IMG/VR virus record: IMGVR_UViG_3300047560_002412
Span: 32,001-96,000 of that record
Source of the DNA: a virus
Reading direction: 5' to 3' (one strand)
DNA: 64,000 nt
The stretch's first letter is position 1; the number at the start of each line of letters is the position of its first letter. A model generated the notes under the pieces. The model made no database searches. It saw nothing but the letters and a program-made list of their open reading frames with translations, and was not told the DNA's origin. A program made the position numbers and the translations under genes. Shown here one piece after another: positions 9,281-16,027 of the stretch.

Positions 9281-9729
9281 ACGAGAATCAATACGAAGAA
9301 TTTGCTAAGAAGATGGAAACCGAGTATCCACGTATGTTTAGTGGACGCTACGGTGGGTTTGCTGTAGGCAAAGGTTGGTGGCCACTGCTTGAAAAACTAT
9401 GTGCTACAATTCAACGTCACACTGACTGGGCCAATGATACTCGTACTGCTTTGCTAATTGCAAATCCGTACAATCATAAAATTCCAGACGAGTGTCCCCA
9501 GGTTGTTGTAGAACAGGTTAAAGAAAAGTTTGGTACACTACGCTTCTACTATCAAGGTGGCGATGATTATATCAGAGGTGCTGTAAGTCTTGCAGAAAGT
9601 CTAACAGGGCATTTGTGCGAGGATTGTGGCGGATTCGGTGAAGTTAGACATGGCGGATGGATACGTGTACTCTGCGATGTACACGAAGCCGAACATCAAG
9701 CAAAAATGAAAGAAAGGTCTAGCACATGA
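9277..9729 (+). CDS. conserved phage protein with C-terminal Zn-ribbon
   Basis: GW..L, QVKEKFGTLRFY, CEDCG...GWI..LC..H. Confidence 0.8.
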   Translation: MNENQYEEFAKKMETEYPRMFSGRYGGFAVGKGWWPLLEKLCATIQRHTDWANDTRTALLIANPYNHKIPDECPQVVVEQVKEKFGTLRFYYQGGDDYIRGAVSLAESLTGHLCEDCGGFGEVRHGGWIRVLCDVHEAEHQAKMKERSST

Positions 9730-10019
9730 ATTCTCGTGAACAGGTTATTACATCGATGTGCTATACATTTAGACACGACTACGGTCTTGAGAAAGACATC
9801 GGCAATGGATTCATCTCTGAGCTTACAGCAGGAATGACCAAAGATGAACGTGAATTTTTGTTTCGACAAATGGCACAAATCTATGACAACGATATTGCTC
9901 CCGTTCTAGAAGACTATCGTAGATTAGTAGACGGTGAAGCTGTTGTAGTACCTAAGGATCGAGACCATGCAGAAGCATTGGTTCGTGTTGGCATGTTCTA
10001 CTTGGAGAATAATAAGTGA
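9726..10019 (+). CDS. hypothetical phage protein
   Basis: MCYTFRHDYGL motif; overlapping start. Confidence 0.7.
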   Translation: MNSREQVITSMCYTFRHDYGLEKDIGNGFISELTAGMTKDEREFLFRQMAQIYDNDIAPVLEDYRRLVDGEAVVVPKDRDHAEALVRVGMFYLENNK

Positions 10020-10417
10020 AAATTGGATTCAGTCTAGGTCGTTGTATTCGTGATATTGTTATGGGTAAGATCAGCGAAGACGAAGTTGCCTTTATTATCA
10101 CAGCAACCTGTATCCGTGAGCCAGCTCAGTTAGCCCCAGTTATAGCTGAGTACTCATTTCGAAGTGACTATCTTGCAGGACTAGATGAAGTAGAATGTCT
10201 TCGTGTTGCAAAGAGTCTTTGGGATAGCAACAAACTGATTCAGCCACGTCGCGAAGGCATCCATCGCCATAAGCAACCTGAGAATAGTGTTTGGGTTGAT
10301 ATATTTCCTACCGAACTATCAGAGAATGAATCAGTTAAGAAAGCCTGGGATGGTTACCGATTTATGCTACATATGACTGAGAACGTCGATACTGAAGCGT
10401 TGGAAACTTTTAAATGA
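10016..10417 (+). CDS. hypothetical phage protein
   Basis: MKIGFSLGRCIRDIV.G; GTGA overlap. Confidence 0.7.
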   Translation: MKIGFSLGRCIRDIVMGKISEDEVAFIITATCIREPAQLAPVIAEYSFRSDYLAGLDEVECLRVAKSLWDSNKLIQPRREGIHRHKQPENSVWVDIFPTELSENESVKKAWDGYRFMLHMTENVDTEALETFK

Positions 10418-10710
10418 TTTACTTTAACATCAATATCCGCAACCCTAAGTGGTGGGATCGTTTTCAAAATATCAAATGTTGGATGGGCGAAACTCCTATC
10501 CCGCATAAGTTTTGGGAAGCTCAGATCACAAAAGGTCCTGAGCTATTCCGTATCGAGTTTGAAGTAACGACACAGCAAGACCACGCAGGCTTTAATGTTG
10601 AGTTTGGACTGCTAGGTTATTGCCTACACTTTACCGTCTACGACAATCGTCACTGGAATCATGAGGAACATCGTTGGATGTTCTATACAGAAGAACACGG
10701 AATGCACTAA
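10414..10710 (+). CDS. hypothetical phage protein
   Basis: DHAG...YD.RHWN motif. Confidence 0.7.
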   Translation: MIYFNINIRNPKWWDRFQNIKCWMGETPIPHKFWEAQITKGPELFRIEFEVTTQQDHAGFNVEFGLLGYCLHFTVYDNRHWNHEEHRWMFYTEEHGMH

Positions 10711-11183
10711 TGAAAAAAATTTATTACGAAAAGAAAGGACGTAGATATGTCCCTGTCGCGGAATATGATAACGACTTTATGGATAGTTTTCCTCGCGGTA
10801 ATCATTTGGTTATGTGCTACCCAGGGGGTTCAAGTCGTCGGTTCAATATTGATCCGAACTATGCGGCTCTTATAGCCGCTGGCCGTGTTGCCGAAGATGC
10901 TATTAGCAAACATATTATGAATGTCAGTGCCCTTCGTGTTCCAGAAAAAAATAAACCGTTAACTGAAGAGCAAAATAAAGCATGGCAAGCATTTAATGAA
11001 GCAATGGGCAATAAGATGTACGCACTTGAATGGTGTAGTTATCGCGAAGCCGCAGAAGCAGGCGTAAAAGCAATGATGGCTGAGGCAGAAACTTTAATGT
11101 TAAACCCTGCTGTTCAAAAGGCATTTAATCATTTTATTTTGGTATGTGAATTAACTAAGGAGCATAGTTATGACTCAAATTGA
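10710..11183 (+). CDS. hypothetical phage protein
   Basis: MKKIYYEKKGRRYVPV; TAATG overlap. Confidence 0.7.
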   Translation: MKKIYYEKKGRRYVPVAEYDNDFMDSFPRGNHLVMCYPGGSSRRFNIDPNYAALIAAGRVAEDAISKHIMNVSALRVPEKNKPLTEEQNKAWQAFNEAMGNKMYALEWCSYREAAEAGVKAMMAEAETLMLNPAVQKAFNHFILVCELTKEHSYDSN

Positions 11184-11550
11184 AATTATTATTTTATTGT
11201 TGGCATTATTTGGAGTAAAACATTTTATCGTTGATTTTTTACTTCAAAGAAAATATCAATATTCAAATAAAGGAATCTACGGACATCCCGGTGGACTTCT
11301 ACATGCAGGATTGCATTCTATAGGAACCTTTTTTTGCTTGGCATTTTTCAACCCGTTTTTTGCTCTAATTTCAGCAATTTTTGACGGGGTAGTTCATTAT
11401 CATATTGATTGGGCTAAAACTAACATAAATGCTCGATTTGGCTGGGGACCAAACACCCACGAAGAATTTTGGTGGCTTTTAGGGCTAGATCAGTTCCTCC
11501 ATTACCTGACCTATATAGCTATTATTGGCTGGGCTGTAGGGGCTTTCTAA
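11170..11550 (+). CDS. DUF3307-like membrane protein
   Basis: KHF..DF.LQ, H...H, HY.IDW.K, DQ.LH. Confidence 0.8.
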   Translation: MTQIEIIILLLALFGVKHFIVDFLLQRKYQYSNKGIYGHPGGLLHAGLHSIGTFFCLAFFNPFFALISAIFDGVVHYHIDWAKTNINARFGWGPNTHEEFWWLLGLDQFLHYLTYIAIIGWAVGAF

Positions 11551-11593
11551 ATAAACAGATGCTATAATCATTACTGAGATAAGTAAGTTAAAG

Positions 11594-12169
11594 ATGGAGC
11601 ATCGTGTGAAAAAAATTGAGGATTTCAATGCTGAAGATCGGATTGACCTAAGATTACTTGAAAAAGGTACCTTTTACCTAAACGGTGAAATTAATGAAGA
11701 TTCCGTGGGGGAATGCATTAAATGGTTAATTTACGAAAATTTAGATTCGGCTAAAGATAAACTTTTAACTCTTTACATCAATAGCACAGGTGGGGATTTA
11801 TATCAAGCATTTGGCTTAATTGATGTAATGAAAGCTAGTCCGCATACAATTCGAATTATTGGGCTTGGTGCTGTTATGAGTGCCGCTTTTTTAATTTTTG
11901 CCAGCGGAACAAAAGGACACAGATATGCTGCCAAACATACAAGTTTCATGTGTCATCAATTTAGTGAAACTACAGAAGGCAAATATCACGATATCAAAGC
12001 ATCTATGAAAGAAAATGAAATCTGCAATGAAAGAATGATTGCCATTTTGAAAGAAGCAACTGGTCTCGCTCCGTCCAAAATTAAATCCAAACTACTACCT
12101 GCCAGTGATGTGTACTTGACAGCCGAAGAGGTTTTGCAGTATAATATAGCTGATAGCATATTAGTCTGA
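11594..12169 (+). CDS. clpP: ClpP-like serine protease subunit
   Basis: LYINSTGG, VMSAA (catalytic Ser), FMCHQ, YLTAEE...YNIAD. Confidence 0.85.
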   Translation: MEHRVKKIEDFNAEDRIDLRLLEKGTFYLNGEINEDSVGECIKWLIYENLDSAKDKLLTLYINSTGGDLYQAFGLIDVMKASPHTIRIIGLGAVMSAAFLIFASGTKGHRYAAKHTSFMCHQFSETTEGKYHDIKASMKENEICNERMIAILKEATGLAPSKIKSKLLPASDVYLTAEEVLQYNIADSILV

Positions 12170-12176
12170 AAGGAAA

Positions 12177-12410
12177 ATGATGGAAGTCGTTAGCATTAAT
12201 GTAAAGCAAGACGATCGCAGAAAAGAAGATATGTTAGAAGTACTTGACGTTCTTCGAGACAAAGTTGAATCTGGAGAAATCAAAGAGTTCGTTGCAGCCA
12301 GCATAGATCCAGATGGCGTTGCTAGGATACACGTAGCGGCTTTAGATCTTCCAGGCGGTATTGGATTGTTTGAAATTGGTAAGCACTTACTAATTCAACA
12401 ATCAGATTAA
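12177..12410 (+). CDS. hypothetical protein
   Basis: AAGGA RBS; 77 aa. Confidence 0.7.
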   Translation: MMEVVSINVKQDDRRKEDMLEVLDVLRDKVESGEIKEFVAASIDPDGVARIHVAALDLPGGIGLFEIGKHLLIQQSD

Positions 12411-12449
12411 AATGTTGCAAAAAAGCCACATTATAACCCGCTTTTTCTC

Positions 12450-12478
12450 TTGACATATAAATAAAAAGACAATATAAT
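12450..12478 (+). promoter_or_regulatory. sigma70 promoter with TATAAATA late motif in the spacer
   Basis: TTGACA-17-TATAAT; TATAAATA at 12456-12463. Confidence 0.8.
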
Positions 12479-12533
12479 AAGTTTATTGATTGTGCAGTTC
12501 TCTACTTAATTTTTCCAGGTTTACCAAAAGAGG

Positions 12534-12562
12534 TTGACAAGAAGGCTAAGTAGTTGTACAAT
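12534..12562 (+). promoter_or_regulatory. sigma70 promoter of the leader/attenuator
   Basis: TTGACA-17-TACAAT with TG upstream of -10. Confidence 0.8.
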
Positions 12563-12608
12563 TGATACATGCGTTAGAGATAATGCAAAAAAGGAAAAAC
12601 TGAAACAA

Positions 12609-12749
12609 ATGAAAACTACATCGTTACAAAGACAATTTAAACATATAGCCCAGATGGGAGGCTTTGCGCCCTCATATTGGTCAGTATGTGAGATTAGTCT
12701 ATCTAATGATCGTACACCAGGAACGGGGTCCGGGAGGACGCTAGTGTAA
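12609..12749 (+). CDS. putative attenuator leader peptide containing all 20 amino acids
   Basis: MKTTSLQRQFKHIAQMGGFAPSYWSVCEISLSNDRTPGTGSGRTLV; stop codon lies in the antiterminator 5' arm. Confidence 0.65.
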   Translation: MKTTSLQRQFKHIAQMGGFAPSYWSVCEISLSNDRTPGTGSGRTLV

Positions 12750-12812
12750 ACAAAATACACAGGCAAACTTCAAAGGACCCCAGGATTAAAAACCCTGGGG
12801 TTTTTGTTTTGT
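12725..12812 (+). terminator. mutually exclusive antiterminator/terminator (attenuator)
   Basis: GGGGTCC(12725-31):GGACCCC(12775-81) versus GACCCCAGG(12776-84):CCTGGGGTT(12794-802) followed by T-rich tract. Confidence 0.75.
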
Positions 12813-12824
12813 AGGATTTTAAAA

Positions 12825-12986
12825 ATGGAATTTGAAGATTTTAGAAAACAAAGAAATGCCAAGTTTTTAGCCGAACACGAACTTGACGATGATCAACTTG
12901 AAAAGTTGATAGAAGAAAAGTTTAATCGTGCTCGTGCTTATCACCAGGCATTAAACAAGCAAGAAGACGAAGTAACACTCGACTAA
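12825..12986 (+). CDS. small charged helical protein
   Basis: AGGA RBS, MEFEDFRKQRNAKFLAEH...; first gene after the attenuator. Confidence 0.6.
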   Translation: MEFEDFRKQRNAKFLAEHELDDDQLEKLIEEKFNRARAYHQALNKQEDEVTLD

Positions 12987-12990
12987 TTGC

Positions 12991-13170
12991 AAAGTGTTAA
13001 TAGGGAACGCGACCCTGCAGGGCACTCTAAACATCCTGCTACTAATGTGGGCGGCCTACCGGATGGTAAGTCTAGGGCGATAACCTAGATGCGTAAAAAG
13101 GTAGCGTAGTAAAGCAGATTGGCTCCTTCGGGAGGTCTGCCAGACGTCAGTCTGTTTTACTACACACTTT
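12991..13170 (+). ncRNA. unnamed structured RNA
   Basis: Closing stem AAAGTGT/ACACTTT, long hairpin 13106-13163 with cUUCGg tetraloop, further hairpins. Confidence 0.55.
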
Positions 13171-13225
13171 CTATTCGCTCCCTTGACGAGCGTCTAAAAT
13201 CATAGAGGAGAGTGTTACACATTTT

Positions 13226-13314
13226 GGATCGTATTCCCTACGGCGGTCTGTAAAACCGTTGCCATTAATATGTAGGGTGGCGGCAGTTAGGTTCGATTCC
13301 TTTACGGTCCACCA
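13226..13314 (+). tRNA. atypical tRNA-Tyr(GUA) lacking a D-arm
   Basis: 8-bp acceptor GGATCGTA/TACGGTCC, loop CTGTAAA, long variable region, T-loop TTCGATT, ACCA. Confidence 0.65.
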
Positions 13315-13321
13315 AAAATGT

Positions 13322-13350
13322 TTGACAAATTTATCTGTAGATGATATAAT
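13322..13350 (+). promoter_or_regulatory. sigma70 promoter inside tRNA array
   Basis: TTGACA-17-TATAAT. Confidence 0.85.
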
Positions 13351-13370
13351 AAGTTTGTTGAATAAGATTT

Positions 13371-13454
13371 GCCCGAGTGGAGAAATGGTATACTCAGGAG
13401 ACTTAAAATCTCCCGTCGAAAGGCATGCCGGTTCGAGTCCGGCCTCGGGTACCA
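13371..13454 (+). tRNA. tRNA-Leu(UAA)
   Basis: Cloverleaf, GGAGA-CTTAAAA-TCTCC, CCA. Confidence 0.93.
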
Positions 13455-13459
13455 AATTT

Positions 13460-13534
13460 GGTTTCAAGGTGTTCATGGACGCACACTGGCTTGTCACGCC
13501 AGAGGACGGGGATCGTTACCCCGTGAGACCGCCA
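13460..13534 (+). tRNA. tRNA-Asp(GUC)
   Basis: CTGGC-TTGTCAC-GCCAG, CCA; variant T-loop. Confidence 0.9.
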
Positions 13535-13608
13535 AGTTGTGTTGCAACTAATCTTAGGGATTGAATGTTAGCCTAAGTTAAAATAACAAAAATCATTCAC
13601 AGAATTAT

Positions 13609-13683
13609 TCCAGGGTAGCACAGCGGTAGTGCAGTTGGCTGTTAACCAATTGGTCATAGGTTCGATCCCTATCCCTGGAGCCA
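13609..13683 (+). tRNA. tRNA-Asn(GUU)
   Basis: GTTGG-CTGTTAA-CCAAT, CCA. Confidence 0.93.
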
Positions 13684-13693
13684 ATTATAAATT

Positions 13694-14257
13694 ATGGATA
13701 CATTTAGAACACTTCGCATATACGGATTTAAGCAACCAGGTACAGAATACATCGTTAAAGTAAATGGTGTTGTAACTGAATTAGGGTCTGATGATCTTTT
13801 TTCTTTTATTACTAATACTAAATTACATGGTAGCAATAACATTGTAATAAATGTATTAGCTGGAAAACTTACAATTACACATTGTTATGCCACATATCCT
13901 GCATTGTTTAATAACATTGAAGGAACAGCAACAATGGTGCAACCAATTGCAGATCCAATTGCTGTAATAGAAAATGGACAGATTTTTTCAGTACCATTTC
14001 CTATTGTAGTATCAGAAGGTGAAACATTTGATTATGAACATTTAATGTTTAATGGTCCTTCAAGATTTAAAATTGCCGTACAAGGATTAGGAATTAATCC
14101 AGGTATAAACGTGTTTATTGGCAATGCTATGAAAAATGAATTTACTCAAGGAATCACTGATATTCAAGTTGAATACGACTATGAACGATTCCCCAATGAA
14201 ATAAATTCTGAAGAAGATTTAAACAATTTAAAATTAAAAGTTTTAATGGCTCGGTAG
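13694..14257 (+). CDS. hypothetical beta-rich protein within tRNA array
   Basis: 187-aa AT-rich ORF; stop TAG lies inside tRNA-Trp. Confidence 0.65.
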   Translation: MDTFRTLRIYGFKQPGTEYIVKVNGVVTELGSDDLFSFITNTKLHGSNNIVINVLAGKLTITHCYATYPALFNNIEGTATMVQPIADPIAVIENGQIFSVPFPIVVSEGETFDYEHLMFNGPSRFKIAVQGLGINPGINVFIGNAMKNEFTQGITDIQVEYDYERFPNEINSEEDLNNLKLKVLMAR

Positions 14258-14324
14258 TTCAGTCTGGCAGAACGTTGGTCTCCAAAACCAAATGTCGGTG
14301 GTTCAAATCCATCCCGGGTCGCCA
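14248..14324 (+). tRNA. tRNA-Trp(CCA)
   Basis: TTGGT-CTCCAAA-ACCAA; D-stem GTTC/GAAC; CCA. Confidence 0.93.
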
Positions 14325-14330
14325 ATCAAT

Positions 14331-14406
14331 GCTCGGTTCGTCTATCGGTCTAGGACACCGCCCTTTCACGGCGGGAAGAGGGGTTCGATTCCCCTACCGA
14401 GTACCA
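14331..14406 (+). tRNA. tRNA-Glu(UUC)
   Basis: CCGCC-CTTTCAC-GGCGG, CCA. Confidence 0.93.
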
Positions 14407-14415
14407 AAGTTCTAT

Positions 14416-14490
14416 GCACGAGTGGCGGAACGGTGACGCAACGGATTGCAAATCCGCACCATGCAGGTTCGAATCCTGTCTCGTGCTCCA
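14416..14490 (+). tRNA. tRNA-Cys(GCA)
   Basis: CGGA-TTGCAAA-TCCG, U73, CCA. Confidence 0.92.
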
Positions 14491-14492
14491 AT

Positions 14493-14572
14493 GCCCCTGT
14501 GGCCAAATAGGTAAAGGCGGCTCTCTCAAAAGGAGTGACTATCTCTCGGTTCGAGTCCGAGCAGGGGTACCA
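14493..14572 (+). tRNA. tRNA-Leu(CAA), short variable arm
   Basis: GCTCT-CTCAAAA-GGAGT, CCA. Confidence 0.88.
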
Positions 14573-14673
14573 TCAAACGTAGATGTTAATGAACATGCCT
14601 TTTGGATATCTTTGACGAGAGTTCCAGGCATGCTGAAGATATGAATATTTCATATTGTATTTAAAAAAATTAT

Positions 14674-14763
14674 GGAAGTGTGGCAGAGTCCGGTTTATTG
14701 CACCTGTCTTGAAAACAGACGATCAGAAATGGTCCGTGAGTTCGAATCTCACCGCTTCCGCCA
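14674..14763 (+). tRNA. tRNA-Ser(UGA)
   Basis: CTGT-CTTGAAA-ACAG, long variable arm, GCCA. Confidence 0.93.
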
Positions 14764-14769
14764 AGTTAT

Positions 14770-14845
14770 GCAGTAATGGAGGGGTAGGCGCCCTGTGCGC
14801 CGCATTCTAGATTCCCGCAAAGGTTCGAGTCCTTTGGCTGCACCA
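14770..14845 (+). ncRNA. tRNA-like RNA without canonical D or anticodon arms
   Basis: T-arm AAAGG-TTCGAGT-CCTTT, short acceptor GCAGT/GCTGC, ACCA end. Confidence 0.6.
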
Positions 14846-14849
14846 ATTT

Positions 14850-14925
14850 GCCTCTCTAGCTCAATCGGGAGAGCACCGTCTTGATAAGGCGGGGGTACCT
14901 GGATCGAAACCAGGGAGAGGCACCA
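14850..14925 (+). tRNA. tRNA-Ile(GAU)
   Basis: CCGTC-TTGATAA-GGCGG, CCA. Confidence 0.92.
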
Positions 14926-14940
14926 AACAAGGAGAACATT

Positions 14941-15003
14941 ATGGCAATACTTGTTGTGTTAGTTATAATGTTCGTTTTGTATCAAGTGTTAAAAAAATAT
15001 TAA
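14941..15003 (+). CDS. 20-aa hydrophobic peptide
   Basis: AAGGAG RBS; MAILVVLVIMFVLYQVLKKY. Confidence 0.55.
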   Translation: MAILVVLVIMFVLYQVLKKY

Positions 15004-15013
15004 GGAGAATGAC

Positions 15014-15034
15014 ATGAAACGTGGTAAACGTTAG
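15014..15034 (+). CDS. minigene MKRGKR followed by hairpin
   Basis: TAAGGAG RBS; TAG then hairpin 15035-15070. Confidence 0.45.
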   Translation: MKRGKR

Positions 15035-15096
15035 TGTCACCCTAGATCCCGTATTGGTCTAGGGTTGGCACATTAAATCAATTTAATTACGACTAA

Positions 15097-15172
15097 CCCT
15101 ATCTAGCGTTAATGGTAGCGCACTTGACTCTTAATCAATGAGGTGTCAGTTCGAATCTGACGGTAGGGACCA
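15097..15172 (+). tRNA. tRNA-Lys(CUU)
   Basis: TTGA-CTCTTAA-TCAA, CCA. Confidence 0.9.
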
Positions 15173-15176
15173 ATAT

Positions 15177-15253
15177 GGGAGTATAGCTCAACTGGCTAGA
15201 GCAACCGGCTTTTAACCGGTAGGTTCAGGGTTCAAGTCCCTGTGCTCCTACCA
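15177..15253 (+). tRNA. tRNA-Lys(UUU)
   Basis: ACCGG-CTTTTAA-CCGGT, CCA. Confidence 0.93.
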
Positions 15254-15344
15254 TTACTATAAGAGAGAACATTACAATGTTGGGTTCGATTCCCCGCCAC
15301 TGATCAGGTTGGATGGTGTCCTAATGTTCTCCCTTATGGTAATG
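15252..15344 (+). ncRNA. 23-bp stem-closed RNA with internal T-loop hairpin
   Basis: 15252-15274 pairs with 15322-15344 (one mismatch); GGG-TTCGATT-CCC inside. Confidence 0.55.
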
Positions 15345-15412
15345 TAGCATAACGGTAGTGCAGCACCTTCATACGGTGTCCAGTGAAAGTTCGACTCTTT
15401 CCATTACCACCA
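15338..15412 (+). tRNA. tRNA(CAU), elongator Met or Ile2
   Basis: GCACC-TTCATAC-GGTGT, CCA. Confidence 0.9.
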
Positions 15413-15414
15413 AG

Positions 15415-15567
15415 TTTCTGAGATAGACGTAGAGTTTGAGTCCTGCCTAACCTAGCGCAGTTTTGGTCGGCTGCGTGACACCACAGACGGTTATTGGTGG
15501 TCCTAAGACTTGCTCTATCGAGACAATCCAGTGAGTCCTCCCAGGAGGATAGTTGGGCTCTCAGAAA
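15415..15567 (+). ncRNA. unnamed structured RNA
   Basis: Closing stem TTTCTGAGA/TCTCAGAAA with internal hairpins (CGCAG/CTGCG, ACCAC/GTGGT, TCCTCC/GGAGGA). Confidence 0.5.
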
Positions 15568-15577
15568 ACCTATATTT

Positions 15578-15652
15578 GGGGGCAGCAGAGGGCTGCGGGG
15601 AATCCTTGCAAGATTCTTGACTAGAACGGTTCGATACCGTCGGCCTCCACCA
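15578..15652 (+). tRNA. tRNA-Ala(UGC) with minimal D-loop
   Basis: GAATC-CTTGCAA-GATTC, G3:U70, D-arm GCAG-AGGG-CTGC, CCA. Confidence 0.8.
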
Positions 15653-15658
15653 AATTTC

Positions 15659-15733
15659 GCCCTTGTATCCTTAGTGGTAGAGGTCCTGTTTTGTAAGCAG
15701 GGTGTGGTGGTTCGATTCCATCCTGGGGCACCA
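15659..15733 (+). tRNA. tRNA-Thr(UGU)
   Basis: CCTGT-TTTGTAA-GCAGG, CCA. Confidence 0.9.
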
Positions 15734-15736
15734 AGT

Positions 15737-15936
15737 TTTGTTGTAGTGTTAGTAAGTGAAAGTCACTTTTGTTAGTAGCTGGCCAGCCAAAGCAAAAGTA
15801 AACAGAGGGGGGCGCAATACCCTAGCAAAAAATACGTAACTCTGGGCAAGTAACTGCAATAGCGTACCGAGTCCTTCCAGCTGGCTTGATTAGAGGTGAA
15901 TGGTTCCTATAACGATGGTGGAACTACTACAACAAA
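15737..15936 (+). ncRNA. unnamed structured RNA, possible pseudoknot
   Basis: Closing stem TTTGTTGTAGT/ACTACAACAAA; loop AGCTGG complementary to distal CCAGCT. Confidence 0.55.
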
Positions 15937-15947
15937 TTTATTTCTGT

Positions 15948-16021
15948 TGGCGTGTGGTGTAATGGTAACACAACGGACTTTGACTCCGTCGTTCCAGGTT
16001 CGAGCCCTGGCATGCCTGCCA
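15948..16021 (+). tRNA. tRNA-Gln(UUG)
   Basis: ACGGA-CTTTGAC-TCCGT, CCA. Confidence 0.92.
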
Positions 16022-16027
16022 AGTTTT

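Noticed and set aside
12534-12608. TTG start for a 71-aa leader ORF
   Set aside because: The TTG is the -35 box of the promoter; the transcript starts downstream, so ATG 12609 is preferred
15737-15936. tmRNA
   Set aside because: No tRNA-Ala-like ends or tag ORF ending in an ALAA-type motif
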